The position numbers and the translations under genes are program-made. The notes under the pieces were generated by a model. The model was not told where the DNA came from and did not search any database. It saw only the letters and a list, made by a program, of their open reading frames with translations. Of a stretch of DNA of 64,000 nt, positions 30,877 through 39,188 are shown piece by piece; the stretch's first letter is position 1, and each line of letters begins with the position of its first letter. Location of the stretch: the NCBI GenBank assembly GCA_964502805.1, contig CAZCYB010000006.1:19734-83733 (forward strand), given 5' to 3'. The DNA comes from an uncultured Desulfocurvus sp. (GTDB lineage: Bacteria; Desulfobacterota; Desulfovibrionia; Desulfovibrionales; Desulfovibrionaceae).

Positions 30877-31094
30877 GAAAATACCTCCGGTACGAGTGGG
30901 TGCGGGGGAGGCCCCGTCCAAACCGGAGGTCTTCCCCTTTCGACGCCTGCGAGGTTAGCTGACGGGCTCGGACCGAAAGGTGTCCTACGCGCTGATGCGC
31001 GATGCGCCCCAAGGGATGTGGGTCCCCCGCTCCCGGGAAACGTTCCCGGAATTCGGCAACGCGACGATTACGCCCGGAGCCGCGGGGCTGTCAA
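30877..31094 (-). promoter_or_regulatory. c-di-AMP riboswitch (ydaO/kimA class) with promoter and SD-sequestering helix, leader of kup copy 2
   Basis: The minus strand has TTGACA-N18-TAATCG. It then reads GUUGCCGAAUUCCGGGAACGUUUCCCGGGAGCGGGGGACCCACAUCCCUUGGGGCGCAUCGCGCAUCAGCGCGUAGGACACCUUUCGGUCCGAGCCCGUCAGCUAACCUCGCAGGCGUCGAAAGGGG. A perfect 9-bp helix, ACCUCCGGU/ACCGGAGGU, covers the SD. Confidence 0.85.
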
Positions 31095-31160
31095 GCGGTG
31101 GACGAGGTTGCCAAGGCGGGCGCGGGCGGGTACCCTGGCGCAAATGGACGGCGCGGGGGC

Positions 31161-31187
31161 TATGGTTTTCCCGTTTTCTGCCGATAT
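31161..31187 (+). promoter_or_regulatory. Sigma28 (FliA)-type promoter candidate for tatA-motA-motB-pilZ
   Basis: TATGGTTT-N11-GCCGATAT compared with the consensus TAAAGTTT-N11-GCCGATAA. It lies about 75 nt upstream of the tatA-like ATG. Confidence 0.45.
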
Positions 31188-31262
31188 CAACATCAGGTAT
31201 GCGCTTTGCATACCCGCTGGCCGTGGAGGAGCGCTCCTGGCCCGCGCCTTTGGGGGGCGTGC

Positions 31263-31451
31263 ATGAACCTGTTGGAGATCCTCCTCATTGTCATCATCGG
31301 TTTGGTATTGTTCAACTCGGGCAAGCTGCCGCAGGTGGGCGGCGGCATCGGAAAGGCCATCAGCAACTTCAAGCGCAGCCTGAACGAGCCCGAGGAGATT
31401 GACGTCACGGAGAAGAAAAAGGACCCGGGCGACACGCCGCCGAAGTCCTGA
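31263..31451 (+). CDS. tatA: TatA/TatE-family small membrane protein
   Basis: 62 aa: MNLLEILLIVIIGLVLFNSGKLPQVGGGIGKAISNFKRSLNE... This is a TM helix followed by an F-x-x-G-KLP hinge and an amphipathic helix, typical of TatA. Confidence 0.7.
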   Translation: MNLLEILLIVIIGLVLFNSGKLPQVGGGIGKAISNFKRSLNEPEEIDVTEKKKDPGDTPPKS

Positions 31452-31505
31452 CGCCCGCCAGACGGGCGGCGTGGTTCGGGCGCATTCGCCGCATAAGGGG
31501 AAGAC

Positions 31506-32372
31506 ATGTTCGCCATAATCGGCCTTGTCGTTGTCATGGGCGCGGTCATCGGCGGGTATCTGCTCGAGGGCGGAAACCTGCACGTGCTCTGGCAGCCCGT
31601 CGAGCTTCTGATCATCCTGGGCTCCGGCATCGGTTCGCTGCTGGTGGGCTCGCCCATGAAGGTCAACGTCACCATCGGCAAGAACCTCATGCAGGTGTTC
31701 ACCGGCAAGCCCAAGAGCAAGAGCGACTACCTGGACATCCTGCTGGTGCTCTTCGACCTCTTGTCCCTGGCCCGGCGCGAGGGCGTCATCGCCCTGGAAG
31801 CCCACGTGAACAAGCCCGCGGACAGCACCATGTTCACCAACCGGCCCACGGTGCTGAAGAACCACGCCGTGCTCGACTTCATCTGCGACAACTTTAAGAC
31901 CTACACCGCCGCCAGCATGGAGCCCCACGAGTTCGAGGCCCTCATGGACATCGACATCGAGGCCCACCACGAGGACGCCCACCAGGCCCCCACCAACCTG
32001 AACCGCATGGCCGACGCCTTCCCGGCCCTGGGCATCGTGGCCGCGGTCATGGGCGTCGTGCTCACCATGGGCAAGCTCTCCGAGCCGCCCGAGGTGCTGG
32101 GCAAGAGCATCGGCGCGGCGCTGGTGGGCACCTTCCTGGGCGTGCTCCTGTCCTACGGCGTCGCCGGTCCCCTGGCCGCCATCATGGACGCCATGGTCAA
32201 GGAGACCACCAGCCAGCTCAACGTGGTCAAGGCCGCCATGAACGCCTTCGCCATGGGCTGGCCCCCGGCCATGGCCCTGGAGAGCGCGCGCCGCGCCATC
32301 CCGGCCCACGACCGCCCCGGCTTCGACGAGCTGGAGGAACTGCTGCGCCAGAGCAAGAAGGGCGGCGCCTAG
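31506..32372 (+). CDS. motA: Flagellar stator protein MotA
   Basis: 288 aa beginning MFAIIGLVVVMGAVIGGYLLEGGNLHVLWQPVELLIILG, with four TM segments and a large cytoplasmic loop. Confidence 0.93.
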   Translation: MFAIIGLVVVMGAVIGGYLLEGGNLHVLWQPVELLIILGSGIGSLLVGSPMKVNVTIGKNLMQVFTGKPKSKSDYLDILLVLFDLLSLARREGVIALEAHVNKPADSTMFTNRPTVLKNHAVLDFICDNFKTYTAASMEPHEFEALMDIDIEAHHEDAHQAPTNLNRMADAFPALGIVAAVMGVVLTMGKLSEPPEVLGKSIGAALVGTFLGVLLSYGVAGPLAAIMDAMVKETTSQLNVVKAAMNAFAMGWPPAMALESARRAIPAHDRPGFDELEELLRQSKKGGA

Positions 32373-32397
32373 CCCCCTACGCAAGGAGTGGGCCCCA

Positions 32398-33444
32398 GTG
32401 GCTGAGAACAAGTCCATCATCATCAAGAAGGTCAAGAAGGGCCACGCGGGCGCGCACGGCGGCGCCTGGAAGGTGGCCTACGCCGACTTCATGACCGCCA
32501 TGATGGCCTTCTTCCTGCTCATGTGGCTCCTGTCCATGGTGGTGCCCGAGAAGCGCGCCGGCGTGGAGCAGTACTTCCGCGAATTCAGCCTCTTCGACAA
32601 GCAGTCCACCATGGACATCCGCCAGGGCGGGGCCATGATCCCGGACAAGGACAAGCCCCCCGTGCCCCAGCGCGACGAGCTCACCGAGCCCGACGATCGC
32701 GGCGTGCCCGCCGTGCAGCCCGTGGAGATCCAGAGGAAGCTCCGCCAGGCCGTGGACATCAACCTGCCCGAGCTCAAGGACCAGGTGGTGGTGGAGGCCA
32801 ACGAGGCCGGGGTGCGCATCCAGCTCTTGTACGACGAGAAGGACCCCATGTTCGCCAAGGGCAGCCCGGAGCTCACCGCCACCGGCAAGCGCGCCCTCAA
32901 GCTCGTGGCCGACCAGATCAACCCCCTGCCCAACAAGATCGCCGTGGAGGGCCATACCGACGCCGTGAACTACTCCGGCGGCAAGTACACCAACTGGGAG
33001 CTCTCCACCGCCCGGGCCAGCGCCGCCCGCGTGGCCCTGGAGCTCTCCGGCTTTCCGCAGGAGCGCCTGGCCCGCGTGGCTGGCTACGCCTCCACCCAGC
33101 CCATGTTTCCGGACAACCCCGTGGACCCGCGCAACCGGCGCATCAGCATCCTGGTCATGAACTACGTGAAGCCCGAGGGCGGCGAGGGCCTGCAGGAGCG
33201 CCTGGGGAGCAAGCCCAAAAAGCAGGAGCCCTCCCTGGCCGAGGAACTCAACGCCACCATCGAGAAGATGCTTTCCATCGAGGCCCGGCCAGAGGTGACC
33301 AAGGAAGTGGAGGCCCGCCGCGCCGCCGAAAAGGCCGTGGCCGCCAAGGCCGAGGCCGAGCGCAGGGCCGCCGAGAAGGCCGCCGCCGACGCCAAGGCCA
33401 AGGCCGAGGCGGACAGGAAGGCCAAGGCCGCGGCCAAACAGTAG
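32398..33444 (+). CDS. motB: Flagellar stator protein MotB (OmpA-like C-terminus, Ala/Lys-rich tail)
   Basis: GTG start 9 nt after AAGGAG. Has the plug/TM region WKVAYADFMTAMMAFFLLMWLL and the OmpA-like VEGHTD...NWELSTARA...DPRNRRISILV. Confidence 0.9.
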   Translation: MAENKSIIIKKVKKGHAGAHGGAWKVAYADFMTAMMAFFLLMWLLSMVVPEKRAGVEQYFREFSLFDKQSTMDIRQGGAMIPDKDKPPVPQRDELTEPDDRGVPAVQPVEIQRKLRQAVDINLPELKDQVVVEANEAGVRIQLLYDEKDPMFAKGSPELTATGKRALKLVADQINPLPNKIAVEGHTDAVNYSGGKYTNWELSTARASAARVALELSGFPQERLARVAGYASTQPMFPDNPVDPRNRRISILVMNYVKPEGGEGLQERLGSKPKKQEPSLAEELNATIEKMLSIEARPEVTKEVEARRAAEKAVAAKAEAERRAAEKAAADAKAKAEADRKAKAAAKQ

Positions 33445-33454
33445 GGGGGCCCTG

Positions 33455-34222
33455 ATGACCGCCGAAACCGCCCCGTTCAGGAATGTGGCCGCGCCGGACC
33501 TCTCGCCCGGCGCGCGCGTCTTTGTCGTGGCCCTCAAGGACCCGCTGCGCGAACGCATCGACGTGCGCCAGAGCACCGTGCTGCACCAGGAGGGCGACGT
33601 GCTCTTCCTGGCCCAGACCGACCCGCCCCTGGAGCCGGAGCACGCCGGGCTGAGCCTGGAAGTGGCCGCCCTGGCCCCGGACGACGGCGGCGAACTCGGC
33701 CCCGTGGGCTACGCCGCGCGGCTGCTCAACGTCACCGACTCCTTCCAGATCGGCGAGGCCGACGCCGTGCCCGCCCTGGCCGTAACCGCGCCCGCGCCCG
33801 GCGAGTTCTACGAGACCAGCCTGCGCATGCACTACCGCGTCGCCGTGGACGAGAGCATGAACGTGTTCGTGCGGCTGGAAGGCCTGCCGGACATCGACGA
33901 GGCCGAACTGCTCGACTTCTCCGCCGGTGGCGCGCGCGTGCGCCTGGACCTCTCCGCCAACCCCGGCCTGCGCATCCCCCTGGGACAGCGCCTGCCCGTC
34001 AAACTCCTGTTCATCGGCTCCGGCTACGCAGACGCCATCGGCGTGGTGCGCAGCGCCACCAGCGGGACCATCGCCGCCGAGGACGGAACCACCCGCCCCG
34101 CCCTCGTCCTGGGCCTGTGCTTCACCAACATGGAGATCCGGGACATCCGCTACCTCGAGCGCATGGTCGCCCGCACCGTGTCCTCCTGCCGCCAGCGCGA
34201 ACGCGAGGCCCAGTACCTGTAA
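33455..34222 (+). CDS. YcgR-like PilZ-domain c-di-GMP receptor (flagellar brake candidate)
   Basis: 255 aa. PilZ signatures are RxxxR (LRMHYRV) and DxSxxG (LDFSAGGARV) about 30 residues later. It starts 10 nt after the motB stop. Confidence 0.8.
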   Translation: MTAETAPFRNVAAPDLSPGARVFVVALKDPLRERIDVRQSTVLHQEGDVLFLAQTDPPLEPEHAGLSLEVAALAPDDGGELGPVGYAARLLNVTDSFQIGEADAVPALAVTAPAPGEFYETSLRMHYRVAVDESMNVFVRLEGLPDIDEAELLDFSAGGARVRLDLSANPGLRIPLGQRLPVKLLFIGSGYADAIGVVRSATSGTIAAEDGTTRPALVLGLCFTNMEIRDIRYLERMVARTVSSCRQREREAQYL

Positions 34223-34322
34223 GTGAGGAGAGGAGCGAGTATCGGGAACCCCTCCCCACCCCCTTCCAAAACTTTTGTTGGGGTGAGGTGAGCAGGACCA
34301 AAAAACGGGCCGGCCGACCGCC

Positions 34323-34370
34323 AAAGCCGAGAGCCCCTTCAGCGCGCGCGCTGAAGGGGCTCTCGGCTTT
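34323..34370. terminator. Bidirectional terminator between the PilZ gene and rnhA
   Basis: Perfect long palindrome AAAGCCGAGAGCCCCTTCAGCGCG/CGCGCTGAAGGGGCTCTCGGCTTT. Confidence 0.7.
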
Positions 34371-34425
34371 CGGGGCCATATCGCGGGGTCCGGGGGCCCC
34401 TCCGATACGACAGGCGCCCCCGGCG

Positions 34426-34896
34426 CTACTTCAGCTCCTCGTCCGGCGGCAGGCCGCGCCCGGAGGCGGCGGTGCGGGCCAGCACATCGCAGCGCTCGTT
34501 CTCGGGGTGGCCGTTGTGCCCGCGCACCCAGTGCCAGTGCACCGTGTGGCCCTCGATGAGCTTGAGCAGGTGCTTCCAGAGGTCCTGGTTCTTCACGGGC
34601 TGCTTGGCGGCGGTTTTCCAGCCGTTCTTCAGCCAGCTCTTGAGCCAGCCGTCGGTGAAGGCCTTCTTGACGTATTGCGAGTCGGTGTACAGGTCCACCT
34701 CGCTGGGCTGCTTGAGGCTTTCCAGGGCGGCGATGACGGCGCGCATCTCCATGCGGTTGTTGGTGGTGCCGGAGTAGCCCTGGGCCAGTTCCTTGCGGTG
34801 CTCGCCGCAGATGAGGATGGCGCCGTAGCCGCCGGGGCCGGGGTTTCCCAGGCAGGAGCCGTCGGTGTAGATGGTGATGCGGGGCTTGGTGGTCAC
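34426..34896 (-). CDS. rnhA: Ribonuclease HI
   Basis: Contains [19 protein letters not shown]...TTNNRMEM...DSQYV...[12 protein letters not shown]. The GTG start overlaps the upstream stop (GTGA). Confidence 0.92.
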   Translation of the reverse strand: MTTKPRITIYTDGSCLGNPGPGGYGAILICGEHRKELAQGYSGTTNNRMEMRAVIAALESLKQPSEVDLYTDSQYVKKAFTDGWLKSWLKNGWKTAAKQPVKNQDLWKHLLKLIEGHTVHWHWVRGHNGHPENERCDVLARTAASGRGLPPDEELK

Positions 34897-35444
34897 GGTT
34901 TCGCGCTGTCCTTTTCGCCGGGGGGCGGCGGGGTTTCTGTGGTTGCGCCCAGGGCGGCCAGGCGCGTCTGGATGAGGTCCAGGGCCAGGAGCAGGCCCTT
35001 CTGCCACTTCCTGCCCGGGGCGAAGTGGAAGGGGAAGTGCTCGTCCACGAGCTGCCGGGCGAACTCCGGCCCCAGGGCGCGCTCCACCAGGGGCGGCAGG
35101 ATGACCACGGCGGTCTTTTGCGCGGGCGAGACGCCCACGAACAGGGTCTTGGCCGCGGCCTTGCCCGTGTCCGGAGGCTGTGGGTCGCCCTCGGCGATCT
35201 GGACGCGGGCCTCGATGCCGTAGCGGTTGCGCAGGTCGGTGATGAAGGCCTGCACCTGGTCGCGCTCGGCCTCGGTGAGCTGGCGGGCGGCGTCGCCCAG
35301 GCCCATGCGCGCGTTCAGGCGTTCGGCCTGGCGCTGGCTGTTGGCCCAGAAGCCCCAGATGGTCAGGCTGAATACCAGGAGCACGCCCACGAGGCGCAGC
35401 AGGTGTTCCCGGATGCCGCCGGAGCGCACGGAAAGCAGGCCCAT
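34893..35444 (-). CDS. Membrane-anchored hypothetical protein (single N-terminal TM)
   Basis: 183-aa ORF with TM segment [19 protein letters not shown], translationally coupled to rnhA. I recognise no family with confidence; any TPM-like resemblance is only a guess. Confidence 0.55.
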   Translation of the reverse strand: MGLLSVRSGGIREHLLRLVGVLLVFSLTIWGFWANSQRQAERLNARMGLGDAARQLTEAERDQVQAFITDLRNRYGIEARVQIAEGDPQPPDTGKAAAKTLFVGVSPAQKTAVVILPPLVERALGPEFARQLVDEHFPFHFAPGRKWQKGLLLALDLIQTRLAALGATTETPPPPGEKDSAKP

Positions 35445-35590
35445 GTCGATCCTCCGCTGGCGGGTGTGTAGCCCGGCGGCGGCCCGGTGGCAAGCGGGGG
35501 CTTGCCGGGGACTTGCCGAGGGTCGGCGGTTGGGCTATCAGCAGGAGTCGGCATGGTGCCGCGTTTGCTTGCAAAGAGAAGGAGTGGGGA

Positions 35591-36301
35591 ATGAGGCGAC
35601 TGGTCCTTGGGGTTGTGGCGGTTGCGCTGTTCGGGCTCACCGCCTGCGCCCAGCATGATCCGAACCTGCGGGTGCGCGGGCTGGAGGAATTCGGCAAGGC
35701 GCCGGGCGGCTACACCCTGTCGCTCAAGACCTACGAGCTGGACGAGAAGGGCCAGGCCAGGCTGGCCAGCGCCCAGGACGCCTCGCTGGCCGGGTTTGCT
35801 TCCCGCGCCCTGGCGGCCAAGGGCTACAAGGCCTCCGCCCCGGCGAAATATTCCGTGGAGGCCCACCTGCTGTGCGCCAACCCGCGCAAGGCCGACCTGG
35901 GCCTGCGCTCCGAGGAGATCCGCATCCCCGCCGCCGCCGCTGGCGCGGCCTACCACGAGGAACTGCACTTCTGGCTGCCGGGCGAGTCCTCGCCGGTGTC
36001 CGGCCGCGACACCATGGACCGCCGCGACGCACTCATGGGCCGCCGCAACCGGGGCACCTTCATGCGCACCAGCCAGGACCCGGTGAGCGGCACGCCCTTT
36101 GCCCGCGCGGCCGACGCCTCGGCCTGCCAGGGCCGCGTGCTGCTGCTCGTCTCCCCGGTGTCCGGCGGGTCCCCGGTGCGCGAGGTCTTCGCGGCCCAGG
36201 GCGCCACGGCGGACTGCGCCTCGGTGGAGGGCTGTCCGGTAGGCACCTGCCGCTCCGCCCTGGAGGACGTGCTGGTGAACATGATCGAATCGGGCATGTA
36301 G
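35591..36301 (+). CDS. Lipoprotein, function unknown
   Basis: The ATG at 35591 follows AAGGAG. The sequence [19 protein letters not shown] contains a lipobox. The C-terminal part contains four Cys. Confidence 0.6.
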   Translation: MRRLVLGVVAVALFGLTACAQHDPNLRVRGLEEFGKAPGGYTLSLKTYELDEKGQARLASAQDASLAGFASRALAAKGYKASAPAKYSVEAHLLCANPRKADLGLRSEEIRIPAAAAGAAYHEELHFWLPGESSPVSGRDTMDRRDALMGRRNRGTFMRTSQDPVSGTPFARAADASACQGRVLLLVSPVSGGSPVREVFAAQGATADCASVEGCPVGTCRSALEDVLVNMIESGM

Positions 36302-36325
36302 CCGCAAGATCCGCAGGATTTCGAG

Positions 36326-36357
36326 GGGCCGCTCCGCAGGGGGCGGCCCTTTGTGTT
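36326..36357 (+). terminator. Rho-independent terminator after the lipoprotein gene
   Basis: GGGCCGC-loop-GCGGCCC followed by TTTGTGTT. Confidence 0.6.
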
Positions 36358-36465
36358 GCCGCGGGGGTGTTGCGCGGGGGGGGGCCTCTGGGGTATTTTC
36401 CCTCAAACTCCAGCGAGGTCCGCCATGCAAACGCTCCCCACCGCCACCGCCACGGGGGCCGCGCC

Positions 36466-37908
36466 ATGAGGCGCATCGGCCGCTATTCCATCCTGGGCCT
36501 GCTGGGCCGCGGGGGCATGGGCGCGGTGTACAAGGCCGCCATGCCGCACACCGGGCGGGTGGTGGCGCTCAAGCTCTTGAAACCCTCGGAGATGCTGGCC
36601 GCCACGGCGGACTTGCGCGCGCTGCGACGGGACTTCCTGCGCGAGGCCGCGCTCATGGCGCGCATCCGCCACCCGGGCGTGGCCCAGGTGCTGGATGTGG
36701 ACGAGGACGCGGACGGGCGGCCCTTCTTCGTCATGGAGTACTACTGCAACAACCTGGGCGCGCTTTTGGGCGAGGACTACCGCGTAGAAGAGCCCACGCG
36801 CAGGCTGGGGGTGGAGCAGGCGCTTTCCCTGGCGCGGCAGCTGGCCTCGGCCCTGGCCCGGCTGCACCACGAGGGCGTGCTGCACCGCGACGTGAAGCCC
36901 TTCAACCTGATGCTGGCCGAGGAGGACCCCCTCTCCGGCGGCGGCGACGTGGTGAAGCTCATCGACTTCGGGCTCTCGCGCCTGCGGGGGGAGGTGCCCG
37001 GAGAGGCCATGGAACTGGGCGTGGCCGGTCGGCCCAGGGGCGCGGTGGTGGGCTCGCCCTACTACGCCGCGCCGGAGCAGGAGGCCGACCCCGCCACGGC
37101 GGACGAGCGCGCGGACGTGTTTTCCGCCGGGGTGACGCTGTTCCGCTGCCTCACCGGGCGGCTGCCACAGGAGGGCATTGCCGCCAGCGCCCTGCGCCAG
37201 GGCCTGGACGCGCGCTTCGACGACTTCTTTTCCCGCTGCTGCCACCAAAGCCGGGCCGTGCGCCCGGCGGGGGCCCGCGCCCTGCTGGCCGAGTTGGACG
37301 GCCTGGCCGAGCACTGGGCGCGCCTGCGCGAGGCCGCCTGCGCCCTGCCCGAGGATTTGCGGGAGGATGCCCCGGCCCCGGCCAACGCTACGGCCCTGCC
37401 CCGGAGCGAGCCCATCCGCCAGCCCCTGGCGGGCGCGCGGGAGCGCTTCGGCCTGGACGCGCTGTGGCGGCCCAGGGCCGGAACCGGCGCGGGCCCGGAG
37501 CGCTTCGAGGCCCTGGCGGAGGAAGGCGGCAGGCCGGCGAACGAAAGGCCAGTGCAGGAAAGGCTGGTGCGCGACAGGCTCACGGGCCTGGTCTGGCAGC
37601 GCGGGGGCACGCCCTATCCCGTCACCCTGGCCGGGGCCCGGGCCTATGCGGCCAGGCTTGGGCGCGAGGGCTTTGCCGGGCGTACGGGCTGGCGGCTGCC
37701 CACCACGGAGGAGTTGGCCACCCTGCTGACCCCGGAGCCGGACCTGCGCAGGCTGTGCGTGGGGCCCTGCTTCGACCCGCTGCAACGCAGGCTGTGGAGC
37801 GCGGACGGCAAGTCCTTCACCTCCGCCTGGTACGCCGACGCCGAGCACGGCTTCCTGTGGTGGCAGGACGCCACCTGCGAGTTCCACGCCCGCTGCGTCT
37901 GCGGCTGA
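36466..37908 (+). CDS. Ser/Thr protein kinase fused to a C-terminal DUF1566 (Lcl C-terminal-like) domain
   Basis: Kinase motifs are GRGGMGAVYKA, VALK, HRDVKPFN and DFGLS. The C-terminus is LTGLVWQRGG...GWRLPTTEELATLL...LWSADGKSFTSAWYADAEHGF...FHARCV. Confidence 0.85.
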   Translation: MRRIGRYSILGLLGRGGMGAVYKAAMPHTGRVVALKLLKPSEMLAATADLRALRRDFLREAALMARIRHPGVAQVLDVDEDADGRPFFVMEYYCNNLGALLGEDYRVEEPTRRLGVEQALSLARQLASALARLHHEGVLHRDVKPFNLMLAEEDPLSGGGDVVKLIDFGLSRLRGEVPGEAMELGVAGRPRGAVVGSPYYAAPEQEADPATADERADVFSAGVTLFRCLTGRLPQEGIAASALRQGLDARFDDFFSRCCHQSRAVRPAGARALLAELDGLAEHWARLREAACALPEDLREDAPAPANATALPRSEPIRQPLAGARERFGLDALWRPRAGTGAGPERFEALAEEGGRPANERPVQERLVRDRLTGLVWQRGGTPYPVTLAGARAYAARLGREGFAGRTGWRLPTTEELATLLTPEPDLRRLCVGPCFDPLQRRLWSADGKSFTSAWYADAEHGFLWWQDATCEFHARCVCG

Positions 37909-37920
37909 GGCGGGGGCCGT

Positions 37921-39156
37921 CTACGCCGCCACGCCCCGGCCCCAGATCCAGCGCTTGCGGGCCAGCAGCATGAACGAGCGGTGGCCGTGGACCATCTCCG
38001 CCAGGCGCGCGGGCGCGCTGGTGACGAAGAGCCGGATGGGCGAGGGCCCGAGGTGCCTGAGCGCGCGGAAGAGCATCCAGCGCAGCCTGTCGGACCAGAG
38101 CAACTCGGGCCGCACGGTGGCGTCGAGCAGGCGCTGGTACTCGGCGTGGGCCGTGGCCGGGGAGCCCGGGCCTTCCAGGGCCGCCAGTATGGCCGAGGCG
38201 GCGTGGGCCCCGGTGCACAGGGCGTAGAAGATGCCCTCGCCGAAGAGCGGCTCCACGAAGCCCCCGGCGTCTCCGGCCAGGAGCAGGCGGCCCAGGCAGG
38301 GGGTGCCCAGGGCGTTGCCGTAGGGCAGGGGGTGCCCGTGCAGGGGCACGGCCTGGGGCTCCCGCACGCCCAGCAGGGCCAGGTAGCGGCGGAAGACGGT
38401 GCCGAAGTCCCCGCCGGGGCCCTGCGCCCGGGTGAGCCCGCAGATGCCGACCTTGGGCCCGCGCGGCCCGGGAAACACCCAGCCGTAGCCCGCCTCTGGC
38501 TGGCCCACATGCAGCTCCGGGGCGTGCACCTCCCGAGGGAAGCGCCCGGGCCCCACGCCCACGGGCAACTCCACCTCGATGGCGGCGGCCAGGTTGTATT
38601 GCCAGGCGGCCTTGGGCGCCAGCCCGGCGGCGGTGAGGCTGCGCCGCAGCACGGAGTTGGCCCCGTCCGCGCCGATGAGGAAGCGGCCCTGGAACTCGCC
38701 CAGGCTGGTGTGGAGCAGGCCGGTTGCAGGGGCGCAGCCCGTGGCCGGCGTGCCCGGGAAAAAGGCCGCGCCGCGCCGGATGGCGGGTTCCGGCAGCAGG
38801 GCGTCGAAGGCCGGGCGGTCCACGAAGCGGAAGGGCTCGGCGGCGGCGCCGGAGAGCAGCGCGCGGTTCTCGTGCAGGAAGCGGTAGTCCGGCGTCTTGT
38901 GGAACATTCCGCCGGAGTGGGCCAGGGCGGTCTCGGCCAGGCCGAAGATGCGGGCCAGGGCGTCCATGCTCTTGGCCGTGAGCAGCCCGCCGCAGAGCTT
39001 GGGCCTGGGGGGGCTGGCGCGGTCCACCACGGCCACGGAGAGCCCGCGCCCGGCCAGCACGGCGGCGGCGGCGCTGCCTGCCGGGCCCGCCCCGGCGATC
39101 ACCACGTCAAAGCCCTTGACCACGCTTCCTCCGTGCTTCACATTCCTGGCGAACAT
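37921..39156 (-). CDS. FAD-dependent oxidoreductase, geranylgeranyl-reductase-like family
   Basis: Dinucleotide-binding motif DVVIAGAGPAGSAAA plus the conserved RPKLCGGLL shortly after it, in a protein of about 410 aa. Confidence 0.75.
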   Translation of the reverse strand: MFARNVKHGGSVVKGFDVVIAGAGPAGSAAAAVLAGRGLSVAVVDRASPPRPKLCGGLLTAKSMDALARIFGLAETALAHSGGMFHKTPDYRFLHENRALLSGAAAEPFRFVDRPAFDALLPEPAIRRGAAFFPGTPATGCAPATGLLHTSLGEFQGRFLIGADGANSVLRRSLTAAGLAPKAAWQYNLAAAIEVELPVGVGPGRFPREVHAPELHVGQPEAGYGWVFPGPRGPKVGICGLTRAQGPGGDFGTVFRRYLALLGVREPQAVPLHGHPLPYGNALGTPCLGRLLLAGDAGGFVEPLFGEGIFYALCTGAHAASAILAALEGPGSPATAHAEYQRLLDATVRPELLWSDRLRWMLFRALRHLGPSPIRLFVTSAPARLAEMVHGHRSFMLLARKRWIWGRGVAA

Positions 39157-39188
39157 GTACCCCGGCCCAGGCGCGGCTTCAAGCCCCC

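Larger units (their letters stand above)
26538..31094 (-). repeat. Tandem duplication: two copies of a promoter - c-di-AMP riboswitch - kup module (26538-28821 and 28906-31094)
   Basis: The two units are collinear and share long identical DNA runs. One example is the 60-nt ACCACGCGCCCCGGCGGGATGCCGAAGAAGGTGGTGGCGTTCCAGGCGTTGCGCGACATG near both 3' ends. Their leaders are also near-identical. Confidence 0.85.

Noticed and set aside
31195-31211. Sigma54-like GG-N10-GC element (AGGTATGCGCTTTGCAT) upstream of the tatA-like gene.
   Set aside because: The -24 half (AGGTAT) is poor. A much better sigma28-type promoter lies 8 nt upstream, and motAB are classically FliA-dependent. Kept only as a remote alternative.
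35591-37908. Treating the lipoprotein and the Ser/Thr kinase as one operon or system.
   Set aside because: A hairpin plus T-tract terminator (36326-36357) and a 164-nt gap separate them, so co-transcription is not supported by the sequence.
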